A stretch of 54,623 nucleotides of DNA. Source: a virus (Duplodnaviria; Caudoviricetes). The position numbers and the translations under genes are program-made. Numbering within the stretch: position 1 is the stretch's first letter; each line of letters starts with the position of its first letter. The notes below the pieces were generated by a model. The model worked only from the letters and a program-made list of their open reading frames with translations, was not told the origin of the DNA and made no database searches. The stretch spans positions 1 through 54,623 of the IMG/VR virus record IMGVR_UViG_3300042471_000954, one strand, 5' to 3'. Below are positions 27,724 to 36,472 of the stretch, piece after piece.

Positions 27724-29174
27724 CGGAAACCGGGGATAGCGGACCGTCGCCGGGGTGGTGGGGTCTCCGGCTGCTGCAGCAGTGCGGTGGAGCCGTGGCC
27801 ATAGGTGGCGGTGGTGATCCGCATGGGGCCGCCGGGGCCGTAGCCCAGCTCTGCGGCAAAGATGCGGTGCAGCGGGTAGCCCACGGCATCATTCGGGTGG
27901 TCGTAGCCGGTCTTCTTGTCCGGTTCGCCTTGCTCGTTGTAGGGCTGGCGCTCCAGGGCCTCGATCAGCCGTGGGCACTCTGGGCTGATCCAGAATCGCG
28001 TTTCCCCCTTGGCGTTCAACAGCAGGGCCTGCACCACGTTCACCCGATCGCGTACCGGGGGATTGGCATCAGGGGCGTAGTTGGCAAAGCCGTAGGACTT
28101 CAGGATCCCGATGTCGGAGAGGCTGGCATTGGTGCTGCGGTTAGCGCCGCTGGCATCGGGATAGGCCCAGATTGAACGGTCCGGGAATCGCTCGCGCACC
28201 TTGCGGCATAGGTCATCGGTGTCATGGGCGCCCATGATCTCGGCGAAGGCGTGGGCGATGCCTTTCCGCACCACTAGCAGGACGCCGGACATATTCCCAA
28301 CGTTGAAGTCAATGCCGATCAGGATCTGATCAGTGAGCTGTAGGCCATCGGGTAGCGGCTTAACGTGATAATCACGGTTGAAGCGGTCGTAAACCTGACC
28401 ACTCTTCAGGTTGATATAGATGCCCTCCATGTAGGCCTTGAGCATGTTGCTGGTGTATCGGGTGCGCAGGTTGTCCAGGTAAGCCTCGGGCAGGTGTGGG
28501 TTGTCCTGGGTGCGCATCCTGATCAGCCGCTTGCCAGGATCGGCCTGGGCTTCAACGGTGCCGAAGGTCTTGTAATGCCAGACGAATCCTTCTGGGGTGG
28601 AGAGGAAGACAAGCTGGCTGATATTGCCAACTCGAATGCGGCCGAGGATCTTCTCGTAGCCCCGTGCGGCGATCTGCTCCTGAACGGTGTCCACCTCGTC
28701 AACAAGGGCCCATGCCCAGTCAGGGCCAACAATGCGTTTGAAGTTCTCGAAGCTGCGGGCTAGTACGGGTGTATCACCATCTGGTAGGTGCAGGATGTGC
28801 TCGGGCAGTGGCGATGCGCGGAAGGTGTAGGGGATGCCGTAGTGATCAAGGAAGGCATCAAACTTCCTGATCCAGATGTCCCGCAGCATGGGCCCAGTGG
28901 GCTCCAGCACGCAGCCGATGAAGCCCTGGTTCAGCACCGCAAGCTGAAAGGCTTTGGCACAGGCGCCGAGGGTCTTGCCTGCCCCGTAGCCAGCGGCCAC
29001 GCCGATCTCACGGGTGGTGGTGTCATCAAATAGCTCAACCTGCCCGCCGTGGAGGTCGTCGCGGATGCGAGCGAGGGTGGCGGGGATGTCAAGCCGCATG
29101 TGCGCCGCTGCGGTGCTTTCCAGCTCCAGCACGGCGAGGCGCGAAGAGGGGTCAGGGGCGCGGATGGGGGTCAT
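27720..29174 (-). CDS. terL: terminase large subunit
   Basis: Walker A AGYGAGKT, Walker B LVDE, motif III STPEG, nuclease GIDFN and DHPNDA. Confidence 0.93.
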   Translation of the reverse strand: MTPIRAPDPSSRLAVLELESTAAAHMRLDIPATLARIRDDLHGGQVELFDDTTTREIGVAAGYGAGKTLGACAKAFQLAVLNQGFIGCVLEPTGPMLRDIWIRKFDAFLDHYGIPYTFRASPLPEHILHLPDGDTPVLARSFENFKRIVGPDWAWALVDEVDTVQEQIAARGYEKILGRIRVGNISQLVFLSTPEGFVWHYKTFGTVEAQADPGKRLIRMRTQDNPHLPEAYLDNLRTRYTSNMLKAYMEGIYINLKSGQVYDRFNRDYHVKPLPDGLQLTDQILIGIDFNVGNMSGVLLVVRKGIAHAFAEIMGAHDTDDLCRKVRERFPDRSIWAYPDASGANRSTNASLSDIGILKSYGFANYAPDANPPVRDRVNVVQALLLNAKGETRFWISPECPRLIEALERQPYNEQGEPDKKTGYDHPNDAVGYPLHRIFAAELGYGPGGPMRITTATYGHGSTALLQQPETPPPRRRSAIPGFR

Positions 29175-29449
29175 CCCACCGGCCCCACGCGATACACCGC
29201 CCAATAGGCGCCGGGCCCTGGGTGGTCCGTAACGTCAATCAGCTGATGCTCACGTAATGCCGCAATCCGCCTACTCACGGTGGACTGCGAACACTGCCAC
29301 CGGGTCATCATCTCGGCGGTGGTGATCTCCGGGACAAAGCCTGCCGCAATGCGCAAGCCAAGCCATTCGGCAAGCTCCAGGCAATCCAGCAGGGTGCTTT
29401 CACTCACAAAGGGCCGTCGTGCCAGCAGGGTGCGAACGAGATCGGTCAC
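29171..29449 (-). CDS. winged-HTH protein
   Basis: TTAEMMTRWQCSQSTVSRRIAAL; coupled between TerS and TerL. Confidence 0.65.
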   Translation of the reverse strand: MTDLVRTLLARRPFVSESTLLDCLELAEWLGLRIAAGFVPEITTAEMMTRWQCSQSTVSRRIAALREHQLIDVTDHPGPGAYWAVYRVGPVG

Positions 29450-29967
29450 GGTTCCCCCTCATCAGCAGGAGGCGTCCCGAGACCACGGGCCTGGATCTGC
29501 AGCAGCACTCGCCGTTCATCGTCTGGGGTAAGCCCAGCAGAGGCAAGGGCATCCATCACGGTGGCAACGGTCTTGCGCTCTACGCGGCGATCGGCGGCAG
29601 CATCGGAGAAGTGATCACGCAGCCTGGGGTGATGCGTCAGGAGCCAAGATGCAGCCCAAGCGTTTGGCGGGTTGTCTTTCGAGCCCGATGCTGCTGTGCG
29701 AAGCCCGCCTAAAAGGTTTTTGCACTCTTCCGCATCAGCTAGAAAGATGGCAGCCCGAAACTTGTATTCAAGGCTGTCTTCACCTTTGCTATCAGCGTTC
29801 CTGATCCAGGTGTGTGCGGTTGTTCGGCCAATGCCAAGCCGATCCGCGATCAGGGCGACAGGGAGGCCGTGAGCCGCTTCGATGCGCGCCGCTTTCACCA
29901 GTTCACTGGTGAGCTTGGTGGGACGTCCGCCAGCAGGCACAGGCGTGGTTGCGTTGCGGTCGCCCAT
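29446..29967 (-). CDS. terminase small subunit (putative)
   Basis: GGRPTKLT + HTH (IADRLGIGRTTAHTW) + AW.ASWLL; upstream of TerL. Confidence 0.7.
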   Translation of the reverse strand: MGDRNATTPVPAGGRPTKLTSELVKAARIEAAHGLPVALIADRLGIGRTTAHTWIRNADSKGEDSLEYKFRAAIFLADAEECKNLLGGLRTAASGSKDNPPNAWAASWLLTHHPRLRDHFSDAAADRRVERKTVATVMDALASAGLTPDDERRVLLQIQARGLGTPPADEGEP

Positions 29968-30004
29968 AGTCTAAGCCATAATTGCCGTTTGGGAACGGCA
30001 ACGG

Positions 30005-30520
30005 TTATCCACGCGACGCAGTGACGGTAGTGTCGGCGTTGTAGCGCCCAACCTCGGCATAGGACGCAAGGGGGGTGGAGTCCATGCGTAGGAACTTCAT
30101 TTGCCCGATCTTGAGGCCTGGGTAGATGCCAACCCAGTGGAGCTGGCGGACGTTTTTCAGCTCTAGGGTGAGGCGTGAGCCGTTCCAGCCGGGGTCGCAC
30201 CATCCGGCTAGCAGGTGCTGCAGACCTTCGCGGGCGCGGGACGACTTGAGCACGAACTGTGCGGCGATGCACTTGGGCAGGTTGAAGATTGGCTCACCTT
30301 CTGCGAGCAGGAACTGCCCAGGCACCATGCGGTAGGGGTCGTCTGCGGTGTGGTGAGCCATGCAGTAGGGCACAAGGCCGGGCCCCTCGCTGGACTCGAT
30401 CAGGATGTTGGAGCCCAGGCGAAGGTCCAGGCTTGCAGGGTTGAGGAGGGCGGGGTCAAAGGGGGTGACCATGCCGGCTTCGCATAGGGCACGGATCTGG
30501 AAGTCAGCGAGAACGGTCAT
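30005..30520 (-). CDS. dcd: dCTP deaminase
   Basis: LNPASLDLRLG, KSSRAREG, AGWCDPGW.G..LTLEL; start moved to ATG 30520. Confidence 0.9.
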   Translation of the reverse strand: MTVLADFQIRALCEAGMVTPFDPALLNPASLDLRLGSNILIESSEGPGLVPYCMAHHTADDPYRMVPGQFLLAEGEPIFNLPKCIAAQFVLKSSRAREGLQHLLAGWCDPGWNGSRLTLELKNVRQLHWVGIYPGLKIGQMKFLRMDSTPLASYAEVGRYNADTTVTASRG

Positions 30521-30690
30521 TTGGTGATGGGTTCGTAGATGGTGCGGGCTTGGTGCTGGGCGATCGGGCGGAGGTCCGTCCAGAACGGTGCTTCGTGGTC
30601 TGGGGGGAGGATCAGTGCCTCGGGTGTGCCGTTGGTGGAGCGGACCTGGAGGATGCGGAGGCCCCAGCCGGGGGTCTTGGGGGTGGACAT
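30517..30690 (-). CDS. small hypothetical protein
   Basis: MSTPKTPGWGL...; ATGA-coupled to dcd. Confidence 0.5.
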   Translation of the reverse strand: MSTPKTPGWGLRILQVRSTNGTPEALILPPDHEAPFWTDLRPIAQHQARTIYEPITK

Positions 30691-30692
30691 GG

Positions 30693-30932
30693 CTAGCGGT
30701 CTGGCTCGGCAACAACTTCCCACCCATGGGAGCGAACGCCTGGCGGGTGGTTCTTGCGTGATCGCCCATGCCAGCGGATCCGCCCAGATTTGCGCATGGC
30801 TTGCATCCGTGCGTCAACGGTCCGCCACTTGCCGCCAGCCAGATCAATCAGTGTTTGGTTGTTGGTTGCATGGCCGGAGGAGGACCGCACAAAAGCGCAG
30901 ATGGCGTCGTCAAGGATGTTGTGGTCAATCAT
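30693..30932 (-). CDS. small wHTH-like protein
   Basis: MIDHNILDDAI...RTVDARMQAMRKSGRI. Confidence 0.5.
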   Translation of the reverse strand: MIDHNILDDAICAFVRSSSGHATNNQTLIDLAGGKWRTVDARMQAMRKSGRIRWHGRSRKNHPPGVRSHGWEVVAEPDR

Positions 30933-31176
30933 GGGCCACCTCCTGCACGGTTTGCCCTGCCCCCGGCGTGTGGCACCCCACCCCGTCAAGCCAATCGGCC
31001 ACCTGGGAGGAGCCCCCGTGACGCTCCCTGAGCATGATGGCCAGTTCGTGGGCGACGGCGGCGGAGTCGCGGCGGCAGTCGCTGCAGATCGCCCCGACCG
31101 GGCATGGGCCGCCGGTTGGGCAGGCGCCACGGCACACCGCCAGGGCCAGGCGATCGGCGGGGGTGGGGTCAGGCAT
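30925..31176 (-). CDS. Cys-rich hypothetical protein
   Basis: MPDPTPADRLALAVC...C..C..C; overlapping coupling. Confidence 0.55.
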   Translation of the reverse strand: MPDPTPADRLALAVCRGACPTGGPCPVGAICSDCRRDSAAVAHELAIMLRERHGGSSQVADWLDGVGCHTPGAGQTVQEVAHD

Positions 31177-31423
31177 TGGCCCTCTCCAGCTCGGCGGCGA
31201 TGGCGAGGATTCGGGCGCGCGTCTCTTGCCGTTGCGTTCTGCGGAGGTACTCACATAGCGAGTCGTCCTCAGAGCAGTAAGGCTCATCCGGCACCACGTG
31301 ATCCGCAGCGGCACGGAGGGCGGCGGCGGCAATGATTCGGCGCCGCTCAAAGCCTGGGAGGCTGGCAACTTTTAGGATGGCGGCTTCAACCGCCTGCGCG
31401 GCGGGGGAGAGGGGGTGGGTCAT
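31169..31423 (-). CDS. hypothetical (LSPAAQAV family)
   Basis: MTHPLSPAAQAV...AAAALRAAADHVVP...ILAIAAELE; C-terminal part of track ORF 31169-31765. Confidence 0.55.
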   Translation of the reverse strand: MTHPLSPAAQAVEAAILKVASLPGFERRRIIAAAALRAAADHVVPDEPYCSEDDSLCEYLRRTQRQETRARILAIAAELERANA

Positions 31424-31765
31424 CGGATTGGCGACTCCATGTTTAGCTGTGTTCGGCCGTACATCCCAAGTCGCTCTGCAATCCTTGTCATTTGGTTGGG
31501 AGTGTTGCGTTTTTCCTGATAAATAAGCGCCCCTGCGCAATGGACACTTTTCTTTGTCGAGGTAAAACTTCCGTAGAGCGGCGTAGTACCTGCCCCAGCG
31601 GGCGCCTCGGCACCAGTTGTTGGCGCCGTACTTGCTGGCCCCGAAGGTCAGCACCTCCGCAATGGCTTCCATTGCTGGTGGCGGCAGCAGGTCAAGGCGG
31701 GGCTTGCTCGCGCTTTCGGCGGATTTACGAGCTTCGCCTTGGGGCTCGTCAAAATGCTCAACCAT
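31424..31765 (-). pseudogene. truncated dATP/dGTP diphosphohydrolase (DUF5664-like) fused to unrelated sequence
   Basis: KPRLDLLP...IAEVLTFGASKYGANNW...YYAALR is present; the expected RH...W..GE..D.ESG..HLAH C-terminus is absent. Confidence 0.6.
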
Positions 31766-32240
31766 GACTTTCCTCCTGCACGGTTTGCACGGTTCCCGGC
31801 GTGTGGCACCCCACCCCCCCGGCCTGGGGCACCGGGTCTGGCTTGCCTTTGCCTAGCTCAGACTGGGCATAAGTACTAAAACCAGCCAGTTCCCAATCTT
31901 CAGGATTCACGTTAGCTGCGTAATTCAAAGCATAGTCAGTTCCAACCGATCTAACAATTTCCTTCCAAACAACACCGTCGCCATGGTCTTTTACCACGGC
32001 TAACGCTGCGCAGATGCCGCCCATAAAGCCATTATCCCATGTACTCACCGCCACCGGCACCACCGCCGGGGCGGGCGCGGGCTGGGCCAGAGCGGACTTG
32101 AGCCGTTGCCTAATGTCCTGCCAAGCATCAAAAGCAGCATTATCCCGGTCATAAGGGTTTAAGCCAGAAAAGTTATAGCGACCTTCCCCATGGTGGAATG
32201 CCAAAACTTCGGCACACAGCTCACGAAAAGTGTCAGTCAT
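31758..32240 (-). CDS. hypothetical modular protein (FRELCAE family)
   Basis: 160 aa; N-terminus like 19036 and C-terminus like 30925-31176. Confidence 0.6.
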   Translation of the reverse strand: MTDTFRELCAEVLAFHHGEGRYNFSGLNPYDRDNAAFDAWQDIRQRLKSALAQPAPAPAVVPVAVSTWDNGFMGGICAALAVVKDHGDGVVWKEIVRSVGTDYALNYAANVNPEDWELAGFSTYAQSELGKGKPDPVPQAGGVGCHTPGTVQTVQEESHG

Positions 32241-32559
32241 TTTTCAAATCCTCGGTTGTGATAGCGGAGAACTGCTGGAGTAGGACGGCGGCGCGGAGGG
32301 CGGCGGCAATGGCTGAGCGGTCGCCAGGCTGCTTCCAGAAGGCATCCAGCACCTTCTGCGTGGCGGGGGAAGGGGGGGTAGGATCCGCAGCGACGGAGGC
32401 CGGCTCCCTGCTCTGCACAGCCGGTCCATCTGTCGCCCAGGGCAGGCCCGATTGCGGCGCCGGGATCGGTCGCCAGGGGCCGTTCTGGTGGTCGGCGCCC
32501 TGCCATTCATCACCGCGCTGGCGGACGTAACGGGGGAGGTCGGGAAGACATTCGCTCAT
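32233..32559 (-). CDS. hypothetical protein
   Basis: MSECLPDLP...SPATQKVLDAF...IAAALRAA; coupled. Confidence 0.5.
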   Translation of the reverse strand: MSECLPDLPRYVRQRGDEWQGADHQNGPWRPIPAPQSGLPWATDGPAVQSREPASVAADPTPPSPATQKVLDAFWKQPGDRSAIAAALRAAVLLQQFSAITTEDLKND

Positions 32560-32771
32560 TGTTTTTGTCGCCAGTAAGGGCAGTGGTCGTTCAGTTCCTC
32601 GCGGCGATTTATATAACCACCACAAAGGTAAGGTTGCGAAGACCAGTAAAATGCCTTCGGTAATTGTGGTAATTCAATCTTTTTGCCGCACCTGCCTTCG
32701 CCGCTTGGATGAAGGCTGCCGGACTTCGTGCGTTGCCAGTTGGCATGAGCGCATTCGGTGCAGTTTTTCAT
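32556..32771 (-). CDS. Cys-rich hypothetical protein
   Basis: MKNCTECAHA...GRC...CPYW; ATGA-coupled. Confidence 0.55.
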   Translation of the reverse strand: MKNCTECAHANWQRTKSGSLHPSGEGRCGKKIELPQLPKAFYWSSQPYLCGGYINRREELNDHCPYWRQKQ

Positions 32772-33292
32772 GCCTCCCCCTCCCCGGCATGGGGCAGCGG
32801 AATGGCGCGGGCGGGCTGGGCGTCTGGGGGGTATCCCGATGTGCGGATCCCGTGTTGCTGCATCACCGGGCGGATAATCGCCAGGGCCTCGGCGCATCGC
32901 TGCTCTGCCCACTTGAATGTGTTCGGGGCTGCGTTGGTTTCTTCCCCCTCGGCAATGTCTGATAGGGCAGATTCCGCACTGATCAGCGCATCACTCAGCG
33001 CGGCCGGCGGGGCGGCGCCGTGCTGGCGGCCGAGGTCGTAGACAGCGCGGAGAGCAGGCCCAAAGCCGTGCCCTGGAGGGTTGTTGTAGGCGTTGCACAG
33101 CTCTTGGTCTGTGGCCACCGGGGCGGCCTCGGGGGTGGAGGGAACCAGCTCAACTGCACCGGGGATCGGCCGTGCCTCCAGCGCCTCCACCCGCTCCAGC
33201 AGGTGCAGGAGTAACCGGTCATAGGTGTTGCCATCATCAGCAGCGCACTGGCGCAGCCAGGCGAGGTCTTCAGGCTGTAGTGAGTTGCTCAT
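32768..33292 (-). CDS. hypothetical modular protein
   Basis: 174 aa; LLERVEALEA, VATDQEL...LRAVYDLGRQHG. Confidence 0.6.
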   Translation of the reverse strand: MSNSLQPEDLAWLRQCAADDGNTYDRLLLHLLERVEALEARPIPGAVELVPSTPEAAPVATDQELCNAYNNPPGHGFGPALRAVYDLGRQHGAAPPAALSDALISAESALSDIAEGEETNAAPNTFKWAEQRCAEALAIIRPVMQQHGIRTSGYPPDAQPARAIPLPHAGEGEA

Positions 33293-33456
33293 CCCTTCAC
33301 CTCCAAGGGCAGGATTCGCACTTCCATTCCCTCGGCCAACAGTGCTTCGGTGCGCGTTGACGCTTCGGTGAACAGTTCAAAGCGCTCTGTGCCGACGAGT
33401 GCGCGGCGGCCTGGGCCGGGCGTGCGTTTGATGTACCAGCTGATCTGGAAGGTCAT
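33289..33456 (-). CDS. small hypothetical protein (55 aa)
   Basis: Hand-translated MTFQISWYIKRTPG...; ATGA overlaps at both ends. Confidence 0.55.
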   Translation of the reverse strand: MTFQISWYIKRTPGPGRRALVGTERFELFTEASTRTEALLAEGMEVRILPLEVKG

Positions 33457-33794
33457 CGAAGGGGATCCTCAAAGGGGGTGTCGTAGGTGATCACTGACGG
33501 GTCGGCAGGCTTTGCCGGTTGGTCGTCGGTGGGCAGCACCGGGATCCCGGCAGGCAGGGGCATTGCGATTGCGCCTGCATTGCGTGCCAGGAACTCGGCG
33601 AAAAGTTCGTCATCGCTGAGAGGCTGAGCCCATTCGCCGCACCAGTCGTGAGGCATCACCAGTGGCCACTGAGCCCAGGCCGTGTCTTGCGCTGGCCTGG
33701 GGGCGTAGCGATTGCAGGTGTCAGGCTCATCATCTTTCCCGACGTAGAACCGGCAGTTAGCGCAGCAGGGCGCTAGGCCATTCGCTTCGCTCAT
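33453..33794 (-). CDS. Cys-rich conserved phage protein
   Basis: CANCRFY...CNRYAP...WP.V...DWCGEW. Confidence 0.65.
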   Translation of the reverse strand: MSEANGLAPCCANCRFYVGKDDEPDTCNRYAPRPAQDTAWAQWPLVMPHDWCGEWAQPLSDDELFAEFLARNAGAIAMPLPAGIPVLPTDDQPAKPADPSVITYDTPFEDPLR

Positions 33795-34025
33795 CGGGCC
33801 CTCGGTGCTACGTGGCGTTCGTGCAGCAACTGCTGATGTGCGTCCCGCAGGGCTAGAGCCTGACCAAGGATGACGGCTCCCAGTAACAGCAGGATGACCA
33901 GGATGATTGGCCCTACTCGGCGATCGGAGGCTTCACTGCGGCGGCGGCGCTCGGCCTGGAGCACCTCCTCTGCGCGATCAGCAGCACTAGCAGTGCGGCG
34001 ATTAGGAACCGTGGGAAGGGACGGC

Positions 34026-34230
34026 TCAAACGAGCACCTCGCAGGGGATGGGGTCACAACGAAGGACAACGGTGCCGGGGTGCTGGGCCTCAAAAGCTTG
34101 TTTGGCGTCGCGGGCGCTCCAGCCGTGAGGCGTGACCCATTCGATGTGCTGGGTGTCGCCGGACTGGAAGATGCTGGGGAGGATGGTATTTGCACGGGTC
34201 GAGCGGTGGTAGGTGATCGAGAAGGTCATG
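34026..34230 (-). CDS. hypothetical protein
   Basis: MTFSITYHRS...; start approximate, placed after a C/A-rich leader. Confidence 0.45.
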
Positions 34231-34435
34231 GATGGTGATAAAAGGGTTCGGGGTCTAACAGGCGCTGCGCTTGCTGCCGTTCTCTTTGGGCATGAAGACC
34301 CTGGAATCAACGGCAGACCTCGACTGGTCCCGATACAGGCGAGAGGCCATGTGTTCCACCGCTTAACCCGAGCAGTGGATGGCATCACCAGGGAGCGCAG
34401 GTACTCCGGCAACTCACCGGGCCATGCCCCGAGGA

Positions 34436-34699
34436 TCAGAGCAGTTCCTTACCGGTGAAGGAGGGGAAGGCCGGCAGGTAGCACGCGGGGGGCAGCGGTG
34501 GAGTTGATGCGTTTGTGAGGAGATAGCTGATGCTGTGGAGTCGCCTGCGCCAATTCGTGACGGCCAGGGCGTCTACCGGTTGACCGTCTTCGCGGGAATT
34601 GTCCTCTAAAGAGCGGGCAGCCGATTCAGCATCGGCCAGCAGCTGATCCAGGGCGGTAGCTGCCGGCTGCTGGCGGGGGGTGTGGGTGATCGTGGGCAT
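34436..34699 (-). CDS. hypothetical protein
   Basis: 87 aa ORF in early operon. Confidence 0.5.
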   Translation of the reverse strand: MPTITHTPRQQPAATALDQLLADAESAARSLEDNSREDGQPVDALAVTNWRRRLHSISYLLTNASTPPLPPACYLPAFPSFTGKELL

Positions 34700-34735
34700 C
34701 GGGAACGAAGCGGTGTGGTTTGGGAAGCGCAGCGG

Positions 34736-35032
34736 TTAGGCGTACGCGAAAGCCAGGCTGTTGCGCTCGTTGATGGTGGGCGACTGCCAGCCTTCAGGCT
34801 CAGCGTCGTAGTCCTCGGCTGGCAGGGGCAGGAGAACGGTGAGGCTGTAGGGGGTGCCGATCTGGTCGTAGGTGGCCAGGGTGGTGGCTAGTTCTTCGGC
34901 GCTGGTGTAGTCGTCGTTGTGGCCGTTCTGGAAATAGAACCAGAGGGCCACATCATCCGACTTCTCAACCTCAACGGTGCAGAGGGGGTGGTCCCCGATG
35001 ATGAGCAGGGCATCGGCAAGGGCTTCAGACAT
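34736..35032 (-). CDS. acidic hypothetical protein
   Basis: MSEALADALL...; downstream of a minus-strand TATGAT -10. Confidence 0.55.
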   Translation of the reverse strand: MSEALADALLIIGDHPLCTVEVEKSDDVALWFYFQNGHNDDYTSAEELATTLATYDQIGTPYSLTVLLPLPAEDYDAEPEGWQSPTINERNSLAFAYA

Positions 35033-35202
35033 GGGCGGTCGGGTTGGTGGTGGTGCCGGGTCTTTGCCCCGGTCCACAAATCATAAGCCGTAAAGCCCGC
35101 TTTCGTAAAGCCCTGCCGTCGTTGCGTTTCAGAAACCGTAACAACTGCGCCAAGAGGAAAGCCCCGGCGGTTGCCAGGGCCAGAGATCAGGGCAAGCTGC
35201 AG

Positions 35203-35394
35203 CTAAACCGGCGAAACGGTGAAGTCCCACGATGCTTTGTCGTCTGTGCAGCAGCGGAAGCCCTGGTCGAGCATGGGGGCCACTCGACTGCGCAGATACT
35301 CGGCGGTTTGCACGGCAACGTCGTCTGTGCATAAAGCCTGATCCCCCTCAAGGAAGATGGTGAGCCTGATCTCGAAGCGTTTGGGTTGGGCCAT
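35203..35394 (-). CDS. hypothetical protein
   Basis: MAQPKRFEIRLTIF... Confidence 0.5.
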   Translation of the reverse strand: MAQPKRFEIRLTIFLEGDQALCTDDVAVQTAEYLRSRVAPMLDQGFRCCTDDKASWDFTVSPV

Positions 35395-35455
35395 GAATGG
35401 TAAGGAGCGTGGTTTGATGCGGAAGTGCCGGGATAGGCTCCCGGCGGGCCAGGGA

Positions 35456-36076
35456 TCAGGCGGAGAGGGCCACTTCATATCGGGGGCTGGCCCCGAGCCT
35501 GAGGGTGCGTGAGCGGTGGCGCGTCAGGCCAGCCATCAGGGTGGCGGCTACGGCCTGCTCCCAGCACGCGAGGGCTTCCTCGTCTGATGCGGCGTGGATC
35601 ACGATGCGGGGGGAGGTGTCAAGGAATCCTTGACGGTTGGCGACGGGCCGGCGGTGGTTGGTGGTGAGCGGTGAAGCGGGTGGAGCTGGCTGGAACTGCT
35701 CCAGGAACCAGCCATCCATCCAAACGGCAAAGGAGGGTGAGATCCACCTGGCGAGGTCCACCGCCATGCGGGGATGGATCCAGGTGCCCCGCAGGTGGTT
35801 GGGGCCGTTGCCGATGGAGACCTTCAATAGGTCCGTCGGAATTCCGACTGACCCCGAGAGGGCCTGCAGGTACTCGCTTGTGCGGCCATTGGCCAGGTAG
35901 TGAGGCAGGTGCTTGCCATTGGCCTTGCACATCGCCGTGGCGTTCACGTACCCGTCCACCTGGCGGCGTTGGATAGCGTGGCCGTTCCACTCGCGGGCCT
36001 CGATCTGGGTCGGTGCCTGTTGCGCGGGCAGGAGGGCGAGAGGCTCGCCACAGCATTCGCAGGTTGCGCGTTGCAT
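35456..36076 (-). CDS. KilA-N domain DNA-binding protein
   Basis: DGYVNATAMCKANGK...GTWIHPRMAVDLARWISPSFAVW. Confidence 0.9.
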   Translation of the reverse strand: MQRATCECCGEPLALLPAQQAPTQIEAREWNGHAIQRRQVDGYVNATAMCKANGKHLPHYLANGRTSEYLQALSGSVGIPTDLLKVSIGNGPNHLRGTWIHPRMAVDLARWISPSFAVWMDGWFLEQFQPAPPASPLTTNHRRPVANRQGFLDTSPRIVIHAASDEEALACWEQAVAATLMAGLTRHRSRTLRLGASPRYEVALSA

Positions 36077-36079
36077 GGC

Positions 36080-36268
36080 TCAGGCCTCCACAAAGTTGAA
36101 GGTGAGGGCAGCAAACTCGGGGGAGGTGCTGCGCAGCTCTGCGACGGCGGCGCGGGCCTCGGCCTCAGTCTCAAAGTCGTTGGGGTAGCCCAGCTCCCAC
36201 AACGCACGGTCAACAGCTGACGCGAAAGGAGACCCGCCAGGGAAGGCGGGCATAGCCAGGGTTTTCAT
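36080..36268 (-). CDS. small hypothetical protein
   Basis: WELGYPNDFETEAEARAAVAEL; start uncertain. Confidence 0.5.
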   Translation of the reverse strand: MKTLAMPAFPGGSPFASAVDRALWELGYPNDFETEAEARAAVAELRSTSPEFAALTFNFVEA

Positions 36269-36472
36269 GGATAGCTTGACTAGGGGGCACTCGACACTGC
36301 TGCCGAGCACTTAGATCATAGCCCAATGGGAGAGGGCCAGCCACAGGGCCAGCCCTCTCCGGTTGAAACCGGGCCTCCAGTACGGTTTCAGAGCAGGCCC
36401 CTAGAAACCCGCTCACCGCGTCCGCCCTTACAGGTAGGACCGACCCGGCAGCGTCAGGCTACCGGTGCTCGC

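Noticed and set aside
31424-31765. Z-genome (2-aminoadenine) biosynthesis cluster
   Set aside because: Only a truncated diphosphohydrolase fragment is present; no PurZ, DatZ or DNA polymerase is visible in the window.
33791-34030. Small membrane protein gene
   Set aside because: Two frames both give hydrophobic peptides and no clear start could be chosen; left uncalled.
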